Of a stretch of DNA of 64,000 nucleotides, positions 20,001-33,000 are shown in pieces. Under the pieces are notes generated by a model. It did no database searches and was not told where the DNA came from. It saw only the letters and a program-made list of their open reading frames with translations. Numbering within the stretch: position 1 is the first letter of the stretch; each line of letters opens with the position of its first letter. The DNA lies in the IMG/VR virus record IMGVR_UViG_3300013902_000013, positions 1-64,000 of that record; one strand, written 5' to 3'. Position numbers and translations under genes: made by a program. The stretch is from a virus. Its lineage: Duplodnaviria; Caudoviricetes.

Positions 20001-20101
20001 AAAGATACTAATTCTGGCATTGTAAATTTAATAGTATATAAACTCGCAGAGACAAAAGCAGGTTGTGAAGCCGCCAAAGTAGGCGGATATAATGTTGCCA
20101 T
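17087..20101 (-). CDS. Large tail/baseplate structural protein (Fn3-like segments)
   Basis: Start re-called to ATG 20101 (MATLYPP; AGGAGG RBS); DYTIESGIKYKYAI Fn3-like motif. Confidence 0.65.
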   Translation of the reverse strand: MATLYPPTLAASQPAFVSASLYTIKFTMPELVSLSDIGHVQIKIVKQSNGASIVDTTKYPDGIIYKKNTDVNFTDGEVTILNSDLAEPRWQQDTYYKVQMRFGADSELSWLDEKNRKDFYNWKTTQITNNTTTYQTFGEWSTIMVLKCISQPLIALSSEQLSDSSSNVQFDSTLHAVDTITPLFSGRYGCISNEPVDKYRFRVYKGQSTDEADLFLDTGWLQHNVTQDNVSLDKNWLQENQIEDLISKTPAVLSSDKYRFKQTLSENEQYTLLYSVITKNGYEGSSNPSYFEVIPSRLNQLAGITLEVYDHTNALTNEEGCMVLAIDFKDSISGNFVIIRTDEYSDYNFWEDLCYFTVVGTKDILYKTDYTIESGIKYKYAIVKENSSGYRSVPLMEKGAPARWVDFQYNYILGTKGHIRLMYDNTIQSFKKNVLQNKQDTIGGKYPVVTKNGYAYYSEFQVEGLISVEQEVAEYVDSDSFRFKSGDYLVGADKICFSVNSKDNYWRRADNFEDFDRIEDEDGNIKEWLGGIYVCDVNNLDNSNDLTDDYYFVERKYRELLIDFLNDGEYKLYKSPTEGNILVVLTEVSLTPKEELGRLIYSFSATAIEVDEPSLENLDEFDLIDIGEFQEQVGDTETICGQVSGLFTETDDIMQAIVENCRQRIGDSDYEYQFRNLKAISIDVYPNQNFDAQISIIDTEIARKKTSLELETIEYKVLRLKNEIAELQKQRTTLETLQEAISKNTYYSSIKLTIDGNEIRIKPNRTYNFDNFAMTSGHQIFTLPFEATDKDGIKQKYYTPITINYTARVITTEALSRTVVSKDMLTIWGQLGGAFETDKKILNNYNDKRIKTEYRVYNEADPNAVDSTYDAQHQMNYIVIQTDDILETIKQMCRKQTENTYKTSFSNYDETDDTYNDGTRYYAFEHISKLDIEADEGTIIYIKSKYDKTDRAIRIGATERYVLNNLSDGDIASLKFADNTKNYALINYTCKVSVLTMGAAANAG

Positions 20102-20170
20102 AAAAAAGCCTCCTTTATCTCTTCTCATTTATTATAAAAAATATTTACAATAGATGATAGAAAAATGCCC

Positions 20171-20530
20171 TTACTCAGCAATAATTTCATACAGCGCGTC
20201 AAGCTGATTTACTGTCATCTCAAAAGACTGTAATTCATCAAGTTTAAAAGGCATTAAATTAATTTCTATTTCTGTATGAATTAAATCGTTTAACTGTCTT
20301 TGAACATCGTCAACCATTTCTGGCGGTACAGAAATATTTCCATTGCCATCATCTTTTCCATTCTCTCTAATTAACTTCTCTCTTGCTTCATAAATTTCTT
20401 TAATCTCTGGCTCAAGAAGTCTAAGGTTTCTAACTACTTTAAAAGATGTCTTTACGTCTACTGCGCTCTTATCTCTGAGTGTTTGTAAAGTATCATTAAT
20501 TGGTATAAGTTTTTCATAAGATAATTTCAT
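20171..20530 (-). CDS. Small helical phage protein (DUF1617-like)
   Basis: 119 aa; SFKVVRNLRLLEPEIK..YEAREKLI pattern. The family call is from memory only. Confidence 0.5.
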   Translation of the reverse strand: MKLSYEKLIPINDTLQTLRDKSAVDVKTSFKVVRNLRLLEPEIKEIYEAREKLIRENGKDDGNGNISVPPEMVDDVQRQLNDLIHTEIEINLMPFKLDELQSFEMTVNQLDALYEIIAE

Positions 20531-20562
20531 ATTTTTTCTCCTTTATCTCTTTAATATATAAA

Positions 20563-23500
20563 TTAACCGAACACTGCGGTTAAATTTAAACCATTCACGC
20601 TTACTCCACTAAGATCAAGCTCTGCTAATTCAGACAGGTCTAACTCATTTCCTATCATTTTAAACTGAGTTGAATCTTGAGAACCACCTGAAGTTATAGT
20701 AAAATAAGTACCAATTGTTAATGAGCCGCCCCATTTATTACCTTGAAAATAAATTCCCCAACCGTCTTTTTCTTTATTTCCAGGAATATATAAACCTTGA
20801 CTATCTAAAACTAATGCTCCATTAGTTAATTGGTCATTTTCTATTTCCCAACCCCCAATAGTGCCAGAAGTAGCTGTAATTGTTCCAGTAATATCCGCGC
20901 CAGTAGCTTTCATATTTCCAGCATAATCAACTGTAAATTTATTATTTACGTTAATTGCTAAATCACTGTTGCTAGAACCATTTAATTTTAAAGTCATTCT
21001 TTGAGCGCCATTCATTTTACCTGCAATAGTAGAATTTGTTGGGGTTATAGTAATTTCTCCATTTTTACCAAAAGAAGCATTTCCAGTATTAGCGTCTAAG
21101 AAAAAACTTCTTTCCCCAGTTCCATACCCAAAAAGTCCAGTTTCTCCACTACTAAGCTCTCCCATTACCATACCAGTAAATTGATTTTGGTCATTTTTAC
21201 TACCCGCGCCAACCATTGCCGCAAGTAAATAATTCCCTTGTTCGTCAATTTTCATTTGAGTTCCATCCCAACCATTAATTTCAGCCATTCCATAAGTATT
21301 TCTATACATCATAATAGTATAGACTATATAATTGGTATCATTAATAGGAATTTTTAATGCCGCAGAACCTGCACTATATAAAAAATTTGAAGCCAAAGTT
21401 AAATAATATTTTTCTCCTAAAAGGCTTATATTTACTAAATCGGGGGTATAGGAAGTAATTTTACTAATTTTTTCTTCATCTTTTACTCTTGCATATAATT
21501 CAGAATATTTGTAAGAAGGTGTTGTGCCGTCTGATTCATATTGCACAAAAGAAGGTAAATTAGTTTCCAAAATCAATCCTTCTATATTATTAGAAGAATA
21601 AACTATAGGATAGTTATAATAAACTATTATTTTTCGCTTTAAATCTTTATGAGAAATGGTTACTGCAACTTTTAAAACTGCGCCGGCTGCCAAAACACTA
21701 TCAGCAGTTTCAAAAAGATTAGGTTTTTGAATTGATATAGTGTTATTCTCTTTTTGAATAATATTGGTTTGGTTTATTTGAAATTTACCTTGAGAAATAT
21801 CTACATTTGACTTATCTACAACTAAAGTTTGTGCCGGGGTAGCATCATCTCGAATTACATTTTCACCAGACCACTCAAAAGAAAAAGTATAACCTTTTTC
21901 ACCAGATTTTATTTCTTCACCATCTTTATATACAAAAGCTTTAAAAGTTTTATTATTACTATTAAAAACTGTAAAATCTTTATCTAACTTTCCATTATCA
22001 TCTACAGGACGAATCATGGTAATATAAGTAGTACCATTAGTTCCTTGCTCACCGTCTTTAACAAATAGTATATCACAAGGAAACTCATAAACCTTTTCAT
22101 CAATGGTAGTAATCTTCATTGTTAAACTATTATTTTGATAATAATTATAATATTTAGGACTAATCATGTAATGTAAAACGTTATATCCGTCAACGTAAAC
22201 TTCCTTAAGCATAGAGTTTTTAGGTTGTATTTTGTCAGTTCCAATAGAAACTCCATAACCATCAACCCACTCAACTTTAAATGCAGTTCCAGCGCCTTCG
22301 CGCCATGTTATCTTACCATCTATAGTTTTCTCTTTTTCTGACTCTTCTATTGCTATATCACCATTGGCGTCATATCTGTAAACCTTTTCACCTTCAAAAC
22401 TAACAGTCACATCAGCCTCTTCACCCACATTGTTAATATCATAATGACGAGTTACTAAAAAATTATTATTTTTATCATAAATTTTACAATAGATAGTAAA
22501 ACTAGGATATGATAAAAACTCAGTAATATTGACTTTATTATAGGCTTTTAAAGTTTTATTTACCTCTCCATCTGCATTACTACCTACATTTACAGTAACT
22601 TCAGTTGTGTTACTTGCGCTATATTGTTCTGAAAGGTTTATATATGAACCATTTGGTAATTCTCGATACCAAGTACCTTTATACTCTTGGTTCTCAATAT
22701 ATAGATAATCCTTATCTTTTACAGTATCACGCAAAAGCTGAGCATTAATAATCTTAGAGTCAGAATTATATACAGTTATAATTCCAGTAAATGGACTTTG
22801 CTTTTTACCATATAAGATTAATACCTTATATCTTTGTTCTATTATAACATCATTTTTAGAAATTGTCAACACATTATTAGAAACTTTTTTCTCGTCATCT
22901 ATCAATTCCCAACCACAACCTACTTGCGCGCTGTACAGTGGCGTTCCTACAAGCACGTCCGGGTTCTCTTTATACCAGTATACTTCGCAAGAGGAATCAG
23001 TAATTATGTTTTCTCCTTTGTATATAAGGCGCGGACTTACTGTGATTTCTGACACGTTTCCGCCCAGAGTATTGCCCTTTGGAGTATCAATCAAAACATA
23101 ATATGTGTCTTGTGTATAGTCTAAAATTTGAACATAATTTACTGAAATATCTTTAACGTATATATTTGATGTTTTTATTTCTTCTTTAATAGCCGTTGTT
23201 GGGTCGCTCGGGTCTGGCTTAGTCCAAACATCTACTTCCATTCCTTCTTGAAAAAATACTAATTTCTCAGCACTTATAAAACTATTCTTTGGAATCTGAA
23301 AAACCGCATACTGTGGACTATAAGAAGATAATTCATAAACATTTCCTGTAAAAGAAGTTGTGTCTAAAATAAAATCTTTAGTTACTGGATTCTTGTCATC
23401 TTCCATATTAACTATTTTTAAAGTTAATTTTAAACCATAGTTACCTTGAATATGCTTTCCTAAAAAATTAGTCATAAAAGAAGCCTTTATAATAAACTTA

Positions 23501-24000
23501 TCAAATTCTTTATTATAAGTCTTTAACAAAGTATCCGTTCCAGTATGCTGCGCGCTTGCGCTATCATGTTGCCAAATAGGAATCTCTTGTGCGTTCTCAC
23601 TTCCAGCTACAAGACCTTTTACCTCAGGCAAAACCCCGTAAGTGGATGCCGCGAACCAACTTGGCTCTACATCAATAATAGTATTGCTTATTATATTGCG
23701 CTCTTGCTCTGTGGTATCTTTATTATTAACTTTCCCCTCGATAATCTTGGTATTAGTAAAATCACCCTCGGGTATCTTCACATAGACTGAATCGCCTTTG
23801 TTATACTTTGCATTTAAGTCCACGGCAAAGGCTTGAAGGGTATTACCCTGGTATTTAACCGCATATTCTCCAGTGGTGGCATCTATAAGCTGAATTATTT
23901 CCATAACTACAGTTTTATCATATTTCAATTTAGAATCACTGGAATCCGCTATTTTAGACATGGCTTCTAAAAGTTTGTCAAAACTAGTAAAATGCGCCAT
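20563..24000 (-). CDS. Large tail structural protein
   Basis: 1145-aa ORF directly downstream of the tape measure gene; C-terminal ATGADITGTITATSGTIGGW fibre-like motif. Confidence 0.7.
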   Translation of the reverse strand: MAHFTSFDKLLEAMSKIADSSDSKLKYDKTVVMEIIQLIDATTGEYAVKYQGNTLQAFAVDLNAKYNKGDSVYVKIPEGDFTNTKIIEGKVNNKDTTEQERNIISNTIIDVEPSWFAASTYGVLPEVKGLVAGSENAQEIPIWQHDSASAQHTGTDTLLKTYNKEFDKFIIKASFMTNFLGKHIQGNYGLKLTLKIVNMEDDKNPVTKDFILDTTSFTGNVYELSSYSPQYAVFQIPKNSFISAEKLVFFQEGMEVDVWTKPDPSDPTTAIKEEIKTSNIYVKDISVNYVQILDYTQDTYYVLIDTPKGNTLGGNVSEITVSPRLIYKGENIITDSSCEVYWYKENPDVLVGTPLYSAQVGCGWELIDDEKKVSNNVLTISKNDVIIEQRYKVLILYGKKQSPFTGIITVYNSDSKIINAQLLRDTVKDKDYLYIENQEYKGTWYRELPNGSYINLSEQYSASNTTEVTVNVGSNADGEVNKTLKAYNKVNITEFLSYPSFTIYCKIYDKNNNFLVTRHYDINNVGEEADVTVSFEGEKVYRYDANGDIAIEESEKEKTIDGKITWREGAGTAFKVEWVDGYGVSIGTDKIQPKNSMLKEVYVDGYNVLHYMISPKYYNYYQNNSLTMKITTIDEKVYEFPCDILFVKDGEQGTNGTTYITMIRPVDDNGKLDKDFTVFNSNNKTFKAFVYKDGEEIKSGEKGYTFSFEWSGENVIRDDATPAQTLVVDKSNVDISQGKFQINQTNIIQKENNTISIQKPNLFETADSVLAAGAVLKVAVTISHKDLKRKIIVYYNYPIVYSSNNIEGLILETNLPSFVQYESDGTTPSYKYSELYARVKDEEKISKITSYTPDLVNISLLGEKYYLTLASNFLYSAGSAALKIPINDTNYIVYTIMMYRNTYGMAEINGWDGTQMKIDEQGNYLLAAMVGAGSKNDQNQFTGMVMGELSSGETGLFGYGTGERSFFLDANTGNASFGKNGEITITPTNSTIAGKMNGAQRMTLKLNGSSNSDLAINVNNKFTVDYAGNMKATGADITGTITATSGTIGGWEIENDQLTNGALVLDSQGLYIPGNKEKDGWGIYFQGNKWGGSLTIGTYFTITSGGSQDSTQFKMIGNELDLSELAELDLSGVSVNGLNLTAVFG

Positions 24001-24058
24001 ATTTTCTCCTTTCTCTCCTTGATATTAAGAGGGGAAATTAATCCCCTCTTATATTATA

Positions 24059-27000
24059 CTAAACTCTTTTTATACTTGCAAATTGTGCCGCTTGGTTCGC
24101 TAAATCGTTAAATGCTTCTTCTATTTCTGATGCAACAGAGACATTAGGGAATGAAGCGTCTATGGTAACCATTTGTGGAACTTTTTCTGTAGAGCTGTTA
24201 ATATTTGTATTAATCTTACCTAAAGAACCTACTAAATCTACTAAATCACCTACAAGAGAAGAAGTAATTGATTGACTCATAGAACGAATTACATTCACTG
24301 CGTCCAGAATATTTTCCGTATCTGATTTATTAAGCACTAATTCTTTCTCATGTAAAAGCGCGAGCTTGCTTTCAGGCCCCCAAGGTCCAGTATAACCACC
24401 GGTATCAAAGGAAGAAGTACCTTTATAAGGATTATCCTTAGTGATTTTATTCATAATTTCAACCCACCATTGTAAAGCACTTCCACCATTATTTACAGAA
24501 TCAAGCATATCTTTTGCAGCTTCATAGTAATCAGAATCTGGATTGTTATAATATTTTGCCCATTTTTGTAAACGTTCATTACTAATTAAACTTGATAAAG
24601 TTTTACTATTCATAGTTGCCATTTTGCCTGCACGCTCGGTTAAAAGTTGATTAGCTAGCTCTGTATCCCCTGCCGCAATCGCGTTCATATACTGCTTAGA
24701 CAAATCTCCCGTATGACCAGTTTTATCTCCTGTTGCAACATAAGCTTCGCCAGTCGTACCAAAAGCAGCGCTCGCCGCAGCAGAATATTCCTGTATCTTT
24801 TTAATACTATCATCTAAAGCCATATTAAAAGCTTTTAAATCTTCTTGTGTAGATATGGTCATTGTGGTTACGCTGTCCATAATTCTATTGTTAGCATCAT
24901 AGAAGGTATCTGCTAAATCACCCACATCTATTCCTACCGAATTTAAAATGTCTTTAATGGCATTGGCTTGGTCTTCTGCATTGGTAGTTGCATCTGTAGA
25001 AATATCTTTGATAAACTCATTTGAATCATCAAAAAGCTGTTTTAAGTTTTCCATAGAGGTAGCCTTTTGCAAGTTACTATCTTTAAAAGTTAAAGTAGAA
25101 TTTTCATATACTTTATTTAATTCATCATAAATATATTTTATTTTTTCTGCATAAATTCTATCTAATTCTTTCTTTTGTTCATTAAACTCTGTTTGGTCTA
25201 TTATACCTGCTTGATATTTTTCTTGGAGTTCTTGAACTCTTTCTTCATACTGTTGTAAAACATCAAACCAAGAAGCTGCAATTTTTTCTTCATATTCTTT
25301 AGAAATATCATACAAATTCTTTTGCTTATCTTCTACATTTTGTTCAGCATCTGAAATAGCATCCGCGTCAGCGGTATAAACATATGTATAATTACCAGAA
25401 GCGTCACGTCTTAAACGCATAGTAGTTTTATTATTTTGGGCTTCTTCTAATGCTATCTGTGCAAGAGTAAGCTGATATTTAGCATTTAACAAATCTACAT
25501 TATACTGGCTTAATTTAACGCCTTCTGCTTGTTTTTGAGTTACTTCATCTGCAAGCGCTGCCAGTTCTTTTGCGCCAGTAACATTATTCTTATCAGCGAT
25601 AGAATTATTTATCTGGCGCATTAATTTACCTAATTCATAAGTTTTTTCTGTATTATCTAAATATTCTTCTGAAAGGTCTTGGTATTCATCATAGTAATTT
25701 TTCATCATCTCTAAATCACCCATGTTGAATAACTTCATTTCAGCTTTCTTCATAGAATTTTCAAGCGCTTCTGTTGCAGCATCTACAATAGCAGAGATAG
25801 ACTCTTGAATCGCGCTTGTTAAATCTGCGCTTAGCGAAGTAATTTGTTCAGTGGCTTCTTTTATTTTATCATCCCACTGCTTTAAAACAGCATCATCAGC
25901 ACCTTGCGTAGCCAGTTCCGCGCGAGCTTCTTCCATACGTTTTTTTGCCATTTTTAAGCTTTCTAATTGTTGTTTTAATATAGAAGCATTATTTTTATTT
26001 GTCTGTTCTATTGTGTATTGAAGAGCATTATAAGTGCTATTTTTAGTATACTTTTGTCCAGAAAGACTTATAATATCTTTCATATTACTAAGGATATCAC
26101 CAAAATTACTTAATTTATTTTTTGTACTTTCAACCCTATCATCTAAATCATCAAATATTTTTTGAATATCATTTCCAATATCATCAACTTTATTTTCTAT
26201 ATCAGTTACAAGTGAATCTATATTTTTCTTAGCTTCATTAATCGCATCTTGCAGATTTTTATTCATACCGTCTGTGGCTGCTTCTGCATTTAGCTGTCTG
26301 AGGTAATGGCGCTGATACTCAAGTTTATTGAGCATTTCACCTAATTCATCCTCTTGCGCGTCTACAAGTAATGATACATTGAGTTTATAGTGGTCTAAAT
26401 GTGAAAGTCTTGAAGATATATGGTCAAGCGCAGCATCAGCTTTATCTGTATTTACATCTAATTCGAATTGGAAATCACTTAATTTATTATCTATTATTTC
26501 ATTAGTTATTTCTTCTATTGTACTAGTTAAATCAGCATACGTATCATGTTCATCTTGCCATTGTTCTACTTTGTTTTTTAAAATCTCCCAACGCTCTTTA
26601 ATCTTTTCTGCGGCTTCATCGCTACCAGCTTTATTTAATTGCATTTGGAATGAAGCTTTTTGATTCTCCATAAAGGCTTTATAATTAGTCATGTTGCCCC
26701 AAGAATCAAATTGCGCACCAAGTCCAGTTAAATATTTTTTATCAAATTCTAAGTCATTTAATACTTCTGCTTGATATTTTTTATAAACTTCAAGTTGCGC
26801 TTTAAGATTTGCGTTCATCTGCGCGGTCTTAGCGGAATAGTCCTTCGGGTCATAAGCGCGGTCGCGCGCAGCAGATAATCTGTCATAGGCTTTCGCTAAA
26901 TCATCTATTGTTTTCTCGTAATAATAATATTTATCAAATTCGTCATCAAGCTGATCTGGTTCGTATTTACTTTCAGAGCCGGAGCCACCGCTGCCACCTT

Positions 27001-30000
27001 TGGATTTACCTCCAGAGCCTTTACTTCCAGAAGTACCCGTTGCTTTTGGAATAGATGCTGTAGTGCCTGCGGCACCTGAGGTAGTTGAAAATTTAATTTT
27101 TGGAAGTTTTAATGTAACAGAAGAATTAGAAAGATTTACTCCTTGGCGTTTTAAACTAGCGATTGCGGAGCCAGCCCGTGGGTCAGCATATTGCATCATA
27201 TTAGAAGTTACATTAGGGATTGGAATAGAAACTGTTTCCCAATCATCTACTGAACCACTTATAGTAAAACCAAAAAGCTTACCTATTTGATCTGCTGTCG
27301 TTCCAGCCGCTGTAGCCATTGTTTGTAAAGCAGCAATAAATTGAGCATCATCAATTTCTGCGCCAATTTCCAAGTTATGACTTGACACCCAATTGGTAAT
27401 TAAACCAGCCATTTGAGTTAAATCTTCTCGCATACCAGAATCATCTATTTCATCTGCGTATACTTCAAAAAAGATTTTTTCTTGCGCCTTTGCTTTTAAC
27501 CTATCAACTGCATCTGCATCACCATTTAAAGCTTGCTCGGCTAATTTTAAAGATTCTGTATCTGCTAAGAAAGTAATGTCTATTGGCTCACCGGCGGTGT
27601 TTTGAAGTCCTTGTAATTGCATGCCAAGAACTTTTTCCATTTGTGTGGTGTAATCATTAAAAGTATTTGACCATTCAGAATTATTTTGACTACCTTTTGC
27701 TAAAATAGGTTGCCATGTTTCCCATCCAGAACGAATTTTTTCAAGACCGTCATTCATCTTTTGATATGCAAAAGCAACTTCAAGAGCAGTATCATAATTA
27801 TCTGCTAAAGTCTTATTAGCTATTTTTCCTTCTTTTGCTAATCTTTGAAGCTGTTTAGCATAAGCTTCAACGTCAGAAGTATCAAAACTATAAGTATCAC
27901 CCGCATCTTTAACAGCATCTATTTCTTTAGTAATATTAGCTAGTGTATCCGCAGCTTCTAAATCGTCAGAATATTTCTTAATATACCCGGAAGCATCTTT
28001 AACAAATTTTTTAGCTTCTTCTTCAGTTAATTCGGGCACAACTTCCAAAGCTACTTTTTTATCATCTTCCGATAAGCTATCATAAGCTTTAGTTACAGCT
28101 TTTTTAGTGCTGTCTGTTAGATCACTGTCTTCAAGTGCTTTTCCTACTGCGCCACCCTTATTCTTATTCTTCCAATTATCGAAAACATTGATGGCACGCT
28201 TAATAAATCCCCAAGCTGATTCTTCTCCAAAAAGACCCATATATTCAATAGCTTGCTCACCATCTGTACCAAATATAGCTTTAGCAATTTTATCTGGGGA
28301 AGAATTAGCATCTAAATTATCAGTTTTCGCATGAATTGCATCTATTGCAGCATCTATTTCAGCATCGGTATAACCTTCAAGTGAGCCACCTGTTAATAAT
28401 TGTCCAAGTATTCCACCAGTGGTTTCGCCATATGTATTAACTAAACTTTGTAAAGCTTCATTTACTTTTTGAATAGTTTCTTCCGCTTCCTCTGCATTAA
28501 CAGAAGTCATTGCCAAGTATTCAGCTTGCGCTTTTGTGTTTTTTAAATATCCTTCATCATCTTTAGTTAATCCAGTTTTCTCTTCATATCTACTTCTAAT
28601 ACCTGTTTTTTCATATGTTGCATAGCTATCTTTAACATCTTTGCCAAATCTCTTGGATAAAGCTTTATTTACAGCTTCTTTATTTTTACTATTATTATAA
28701 GCGTCATTGTCAGATAAATAAGTACCAAAATAACTCTCTAAGGCATTATCTTTAGAACTATTATTTGTTTTTATTTTATTCCCATTTTCAAGTATATTTT
28801 GAGTTCTACTATCTACTTCTGCAAGTATTTTTTCCCATTTTTCTGCATTTAATCCAACTTCAACTAAAGTGCCATTATATTCAGCAGTTCCTTTTTTAAG
28901 TCCTGCCATTTTATCTTCAAGATTACCAAAATCCTCTGCGTCAAAACCTAAAATCTCTGACGCGCCTATACTATTTCTTAATTGAGTTTCATTTATTGTA
29001 CCACTTGTATATTGGTCTAAATATTTTCTATCTTTTCTCTTTACACTATTTCTATTAACGACATTTTCAGAATCCCAAACTGCATTTTGACCAGCCATTT
29101 GCGCGGCTTGTTTGTCCGCAACTTCTTTGCGCTTTTGCTCAATTAAATTATCCCAACCCTCTTTAGAAATCTCTAAGCCATTTTCGCCTTGAGAAACATA
29201 TGCCCAAAGTTCTGGATAATTAGTTAAAATTTCTAAGATTTTTTGGTTTACTTCATCAAGAGCTTCATACCAATCCTGAGTTCCTTTTACAACATCATTT
29301 AATCCAGATTTAGCTTCATCATAAACACTTTGAGCATCTTTAATACCTTCGTAAGCAGATTTAGCTTCTGATAAAGCTTGATTTAATTCACTTAATTTTT
29401 GCTTATTTGCTTCAAGCGCATCTGTATCTGCGCTTAATGCTTTGCTAATTGCCCAAATGCTAGCTACTACTGCTGCGGCTGCCGCAGCAAACCAGACCAA
29501 AGGATTAGCCAATAAAGCGACTGCAAGTTCTTTAGCGGCAACAGCAACAACTTGTAATGCCGCAGCTAAACCCGCGTGAGCTGCCGCTGCTGCACCTGCG
29601 CTAGTTGCACTTGCCGCTTCCGCAGACGCTTGCATCATAGTAGCAAGAACACCTTGTTTTTCTATTGCAATAGATATACGTTGAGTTTGATTTGCTTTAT
29701 CTTTCGTAATAATACCAGCTGAAAGCGCCTTGGTTTTTAATTCTTCAATTTCAACAGCAGATAAATCAGTTTTAGTGTTTAATTCTGTAATAGCATTGCT
29801 TGCAGTGGTAACTACATTATCCTTAGAATGAGCTTCTGCGCTTGCTAAAGTTGCTTTTGCATTCTCATATTGAGCACGAGTTTCTTGTTCAATATTTTCG
29901 GCATTAATCTTTGCCTGTTCAGCATTATTCTTTCTATTCTCGGCAGAAGTCACTTTTTGTTCTGCTTCAGTTGCAGTATTTCTAAAATCTGCAAGGTTGT

Positions 30001-33000
30001 TTTTCCTAGTTTCGATTCCTTGTTTAATATTATTTTGTTTTTTTTCATTTTCTTCAATTTGGGCTTGAATTCGTTTATAAGCAACTCCATCTTTTACTAA
30101 ATTATTTTGTCGTTCTATTAAAGCGTTTTTTTCTTTCTGTAAAGCAACTAATTTTTCTTCTTGTTTAGTTAATTCACGCTGTTTTTGTGCTACTCTTTGA
30201 GTAGCTTTTTCAGATTTTTCAACTGCTTGGTTATATTCTTCTTGTGCTATTTTCGCCTTTTTTTCAGCTTCTTCTCTATTTTGTTTAGGGATATTTATTT
30301 TAGCTCTTTTACTTTGAACATCACTTTTTAATTCTTTAATCCTATCTTCTGAAAAAATATTATTTTTGACATCCGCGGCTTTATTTCTACCTTCTGTACG
30401 TTTACTACTAAATTTATTAATAGCATCAAATCCAGTTTTTACCGAAGGAAGCAATAGACTTAAAGACATTAAAACTGAAACCATTTTTTCTGTTGAAGTT
30501 GTAGCTTCATCTGAAAAAACTGATTTAATACTCTGCAAACTAGAAATCGCTAAAGCGGCTTGACCTGCGGCAGATGATAATTTTAACATTGTCTCTAAAG
30601 AAGACTTTCCTGCGCTCTGAGTTATTATTGAGTTCTCAGCTTGGCTCATGCGCATCTGACCTTCAATCATCTGTTTCTCAAAATTCCAATATTTTTCTGC
30701 TCTATCGTGCATTGGCTTTGCGCCATAGCCTATATCAGAGAAAAAACTACTTAAATCATTCCGCTGCCCACGTACCTGTTCTTTTGTTTGTTTTAATTGC
30801 TGTACAACTCTATCTGAATACTGTTTTAAAGTATCTAAATCAGAAATAGCCATATTTTCTAAAGAATCTAAAATACCTTTATTATTTTTAGATAGTTCTT
30901 CATAGACTGTTGGAAAATAGTCCTTTAAACTTTTTACAGCGTTAGACACCTGTTTTTGAATTGCCATAGTGCTATTTCCTGTTGCGCTAAATGCATCTCG
31001 GATACTACTAGCAGTTAAACTACTTGCTTCACTTAATCTATTATTTTCTATAACTAAATTTTGATAGCGGTCTGTTAAATTAACTAATAAATCTTCTAAA
31101 TTATTTACGTCACCTATATTAGAAATATCATTTGCAATAACTGTATCTATAGCATCATTAAAACTTGGCACTCTTCTTCCAGTTAAGAATCTGTCCATTT
31201 CTGTGCCATTTTTACTTGTCATTATATCTTCTTGTTCAGCTAAACTTTCACGTAATTTTTCTTGTGCCTCATTTTGAGCTTCCAAGCTCTGAATAATAAC
31301 ATTATTATATTGTTTTTCTTGTTCTGTTAAACTTTTTGATTGTTCAAATGCTTTCTGCCTAACTTGGATTAAATGTTCTTGAGCTTCAATATTTTTTAAT
31401 ATGGTTGGGTCTGTAATTCTTTCTTTTGCAACAGCAATTGAATCTACCATATCTTTTTGTAGATTCTTAAACATATCTGAACCTTTTAACCATACTTGGA
31501 AATTCTGATTCATACGAGTAAAAGCTGCATTTATTTGAGTAGAAAACGCGCCGCCAGCAATACCTGCAATAGCAAGAAATAAAGTTTTTACTCCTCCCAT
31601 TTGCTCTAAAAGATTCGCGGCACTACTAGCAACCTTATCTAATGCATTATATAAAGCTTTTGCGCCATCCTCTATATCTAATTGGTTATATACTTGATTT
31701 AAAGAATCTTTAAAACGGTTTTGTGCGGCTGTCCAAGATTCTTCATAAACTTCCATTTGTTTATCTACTGCACCATCTGCATTTTTCGCCCAATCCAGGT
31801 TCTGGCGATAAGAATCTTTGGCTTCCATCAAAGCCATGAATCTAGAATATTGGTATACACCCGCAACCGCTTGTGCCGTTGCCACCTGCTGAGTACGACT
31901 TAATGTATCCCATTTATCCATTATATCGTCAAGAATGGTATCAGCATCTTTTAATTGTCCAGAAGTGTCAAGAACTTGTACCCCAATCTTAGACAATGCT
32001 AAAGAATATTTATTTAAATCAACACCATCTTCTAAAGTCTTACCTAAACTCAATCCTTCTAATCTTGAAAATATTGTCTTAAAAGAATTACCAATTACAT
32101 TTGCTGATTCTCGCGTGCTTGAACTTACTGCCGCTAATGCCGCAGCCGCGTTATCGAATGAAAGCCCTATAACCGGACCAAGTGCTACAAATTGCTGTAA
32201 TCCATCCGCAATCTCAGAAGAACTAGATGCTGTACGCGCACCCAAATCCGCCATAACATCAGTAAAGTGTTCAAGATTTTCTGAACCTTTTGCATAATTA
32301 TTCCAAATAGCAGTCATATAGGAAGATACTTGTGAAGCGCTATCCCCAGTAACATTAGCCATTTTTAATGTGGTCTCGGTTCTAGCTCTTGACTCCTCTT
32401 GGTCTAGACCTTGCTGGTAATAGATCAAGGCACCTTCCGCATAATCCTTGGTCGTAGAACTTAAACGTTTCGCCGCCTTACTTGCGTCTATAGCAAATTG
32501 CTCCATGGACTCAGCACTTTCATCTGATACTATCCTAATGTCTCTTAAAGCGCTATCTAATTGATGAGCATAAGACACTGCATCTGAAATAGCACCAGTA
32601 AAGCTACCTAAAGCACTTGCTGTTAATTGCCAACGCACAGTATTTTTCATAGTTACCCACATTTCATCAAGCATTTTACTTGTCTGTTTAATAGGCTCTT
32701 GCGCGGTAGCAACGGATTTTGCAAAAGAAGCAAATGCCTGTTGACCTTCCCTACCAAAATTTAACATCTGTTTAGAAATCTGGTCAACTGACATTCCTGC
32801 CTTCTTTAATTCAGTATTAAAATTTCCTAAATTTAATTTCCCAGCAGAGTTGGTTGAAGCGCTCAACATACGAGATAAATTTTGAATCTCAGCCTTGGCT
32901 TCTTTTAAACTCGCAGTATTAAATTTTAAAGGATTGTTATACAAAGCTTCAAGCTGTGTTTGTAACTGTTTTAAAGAGCTTTCCGCTTCTTTTGTATTGG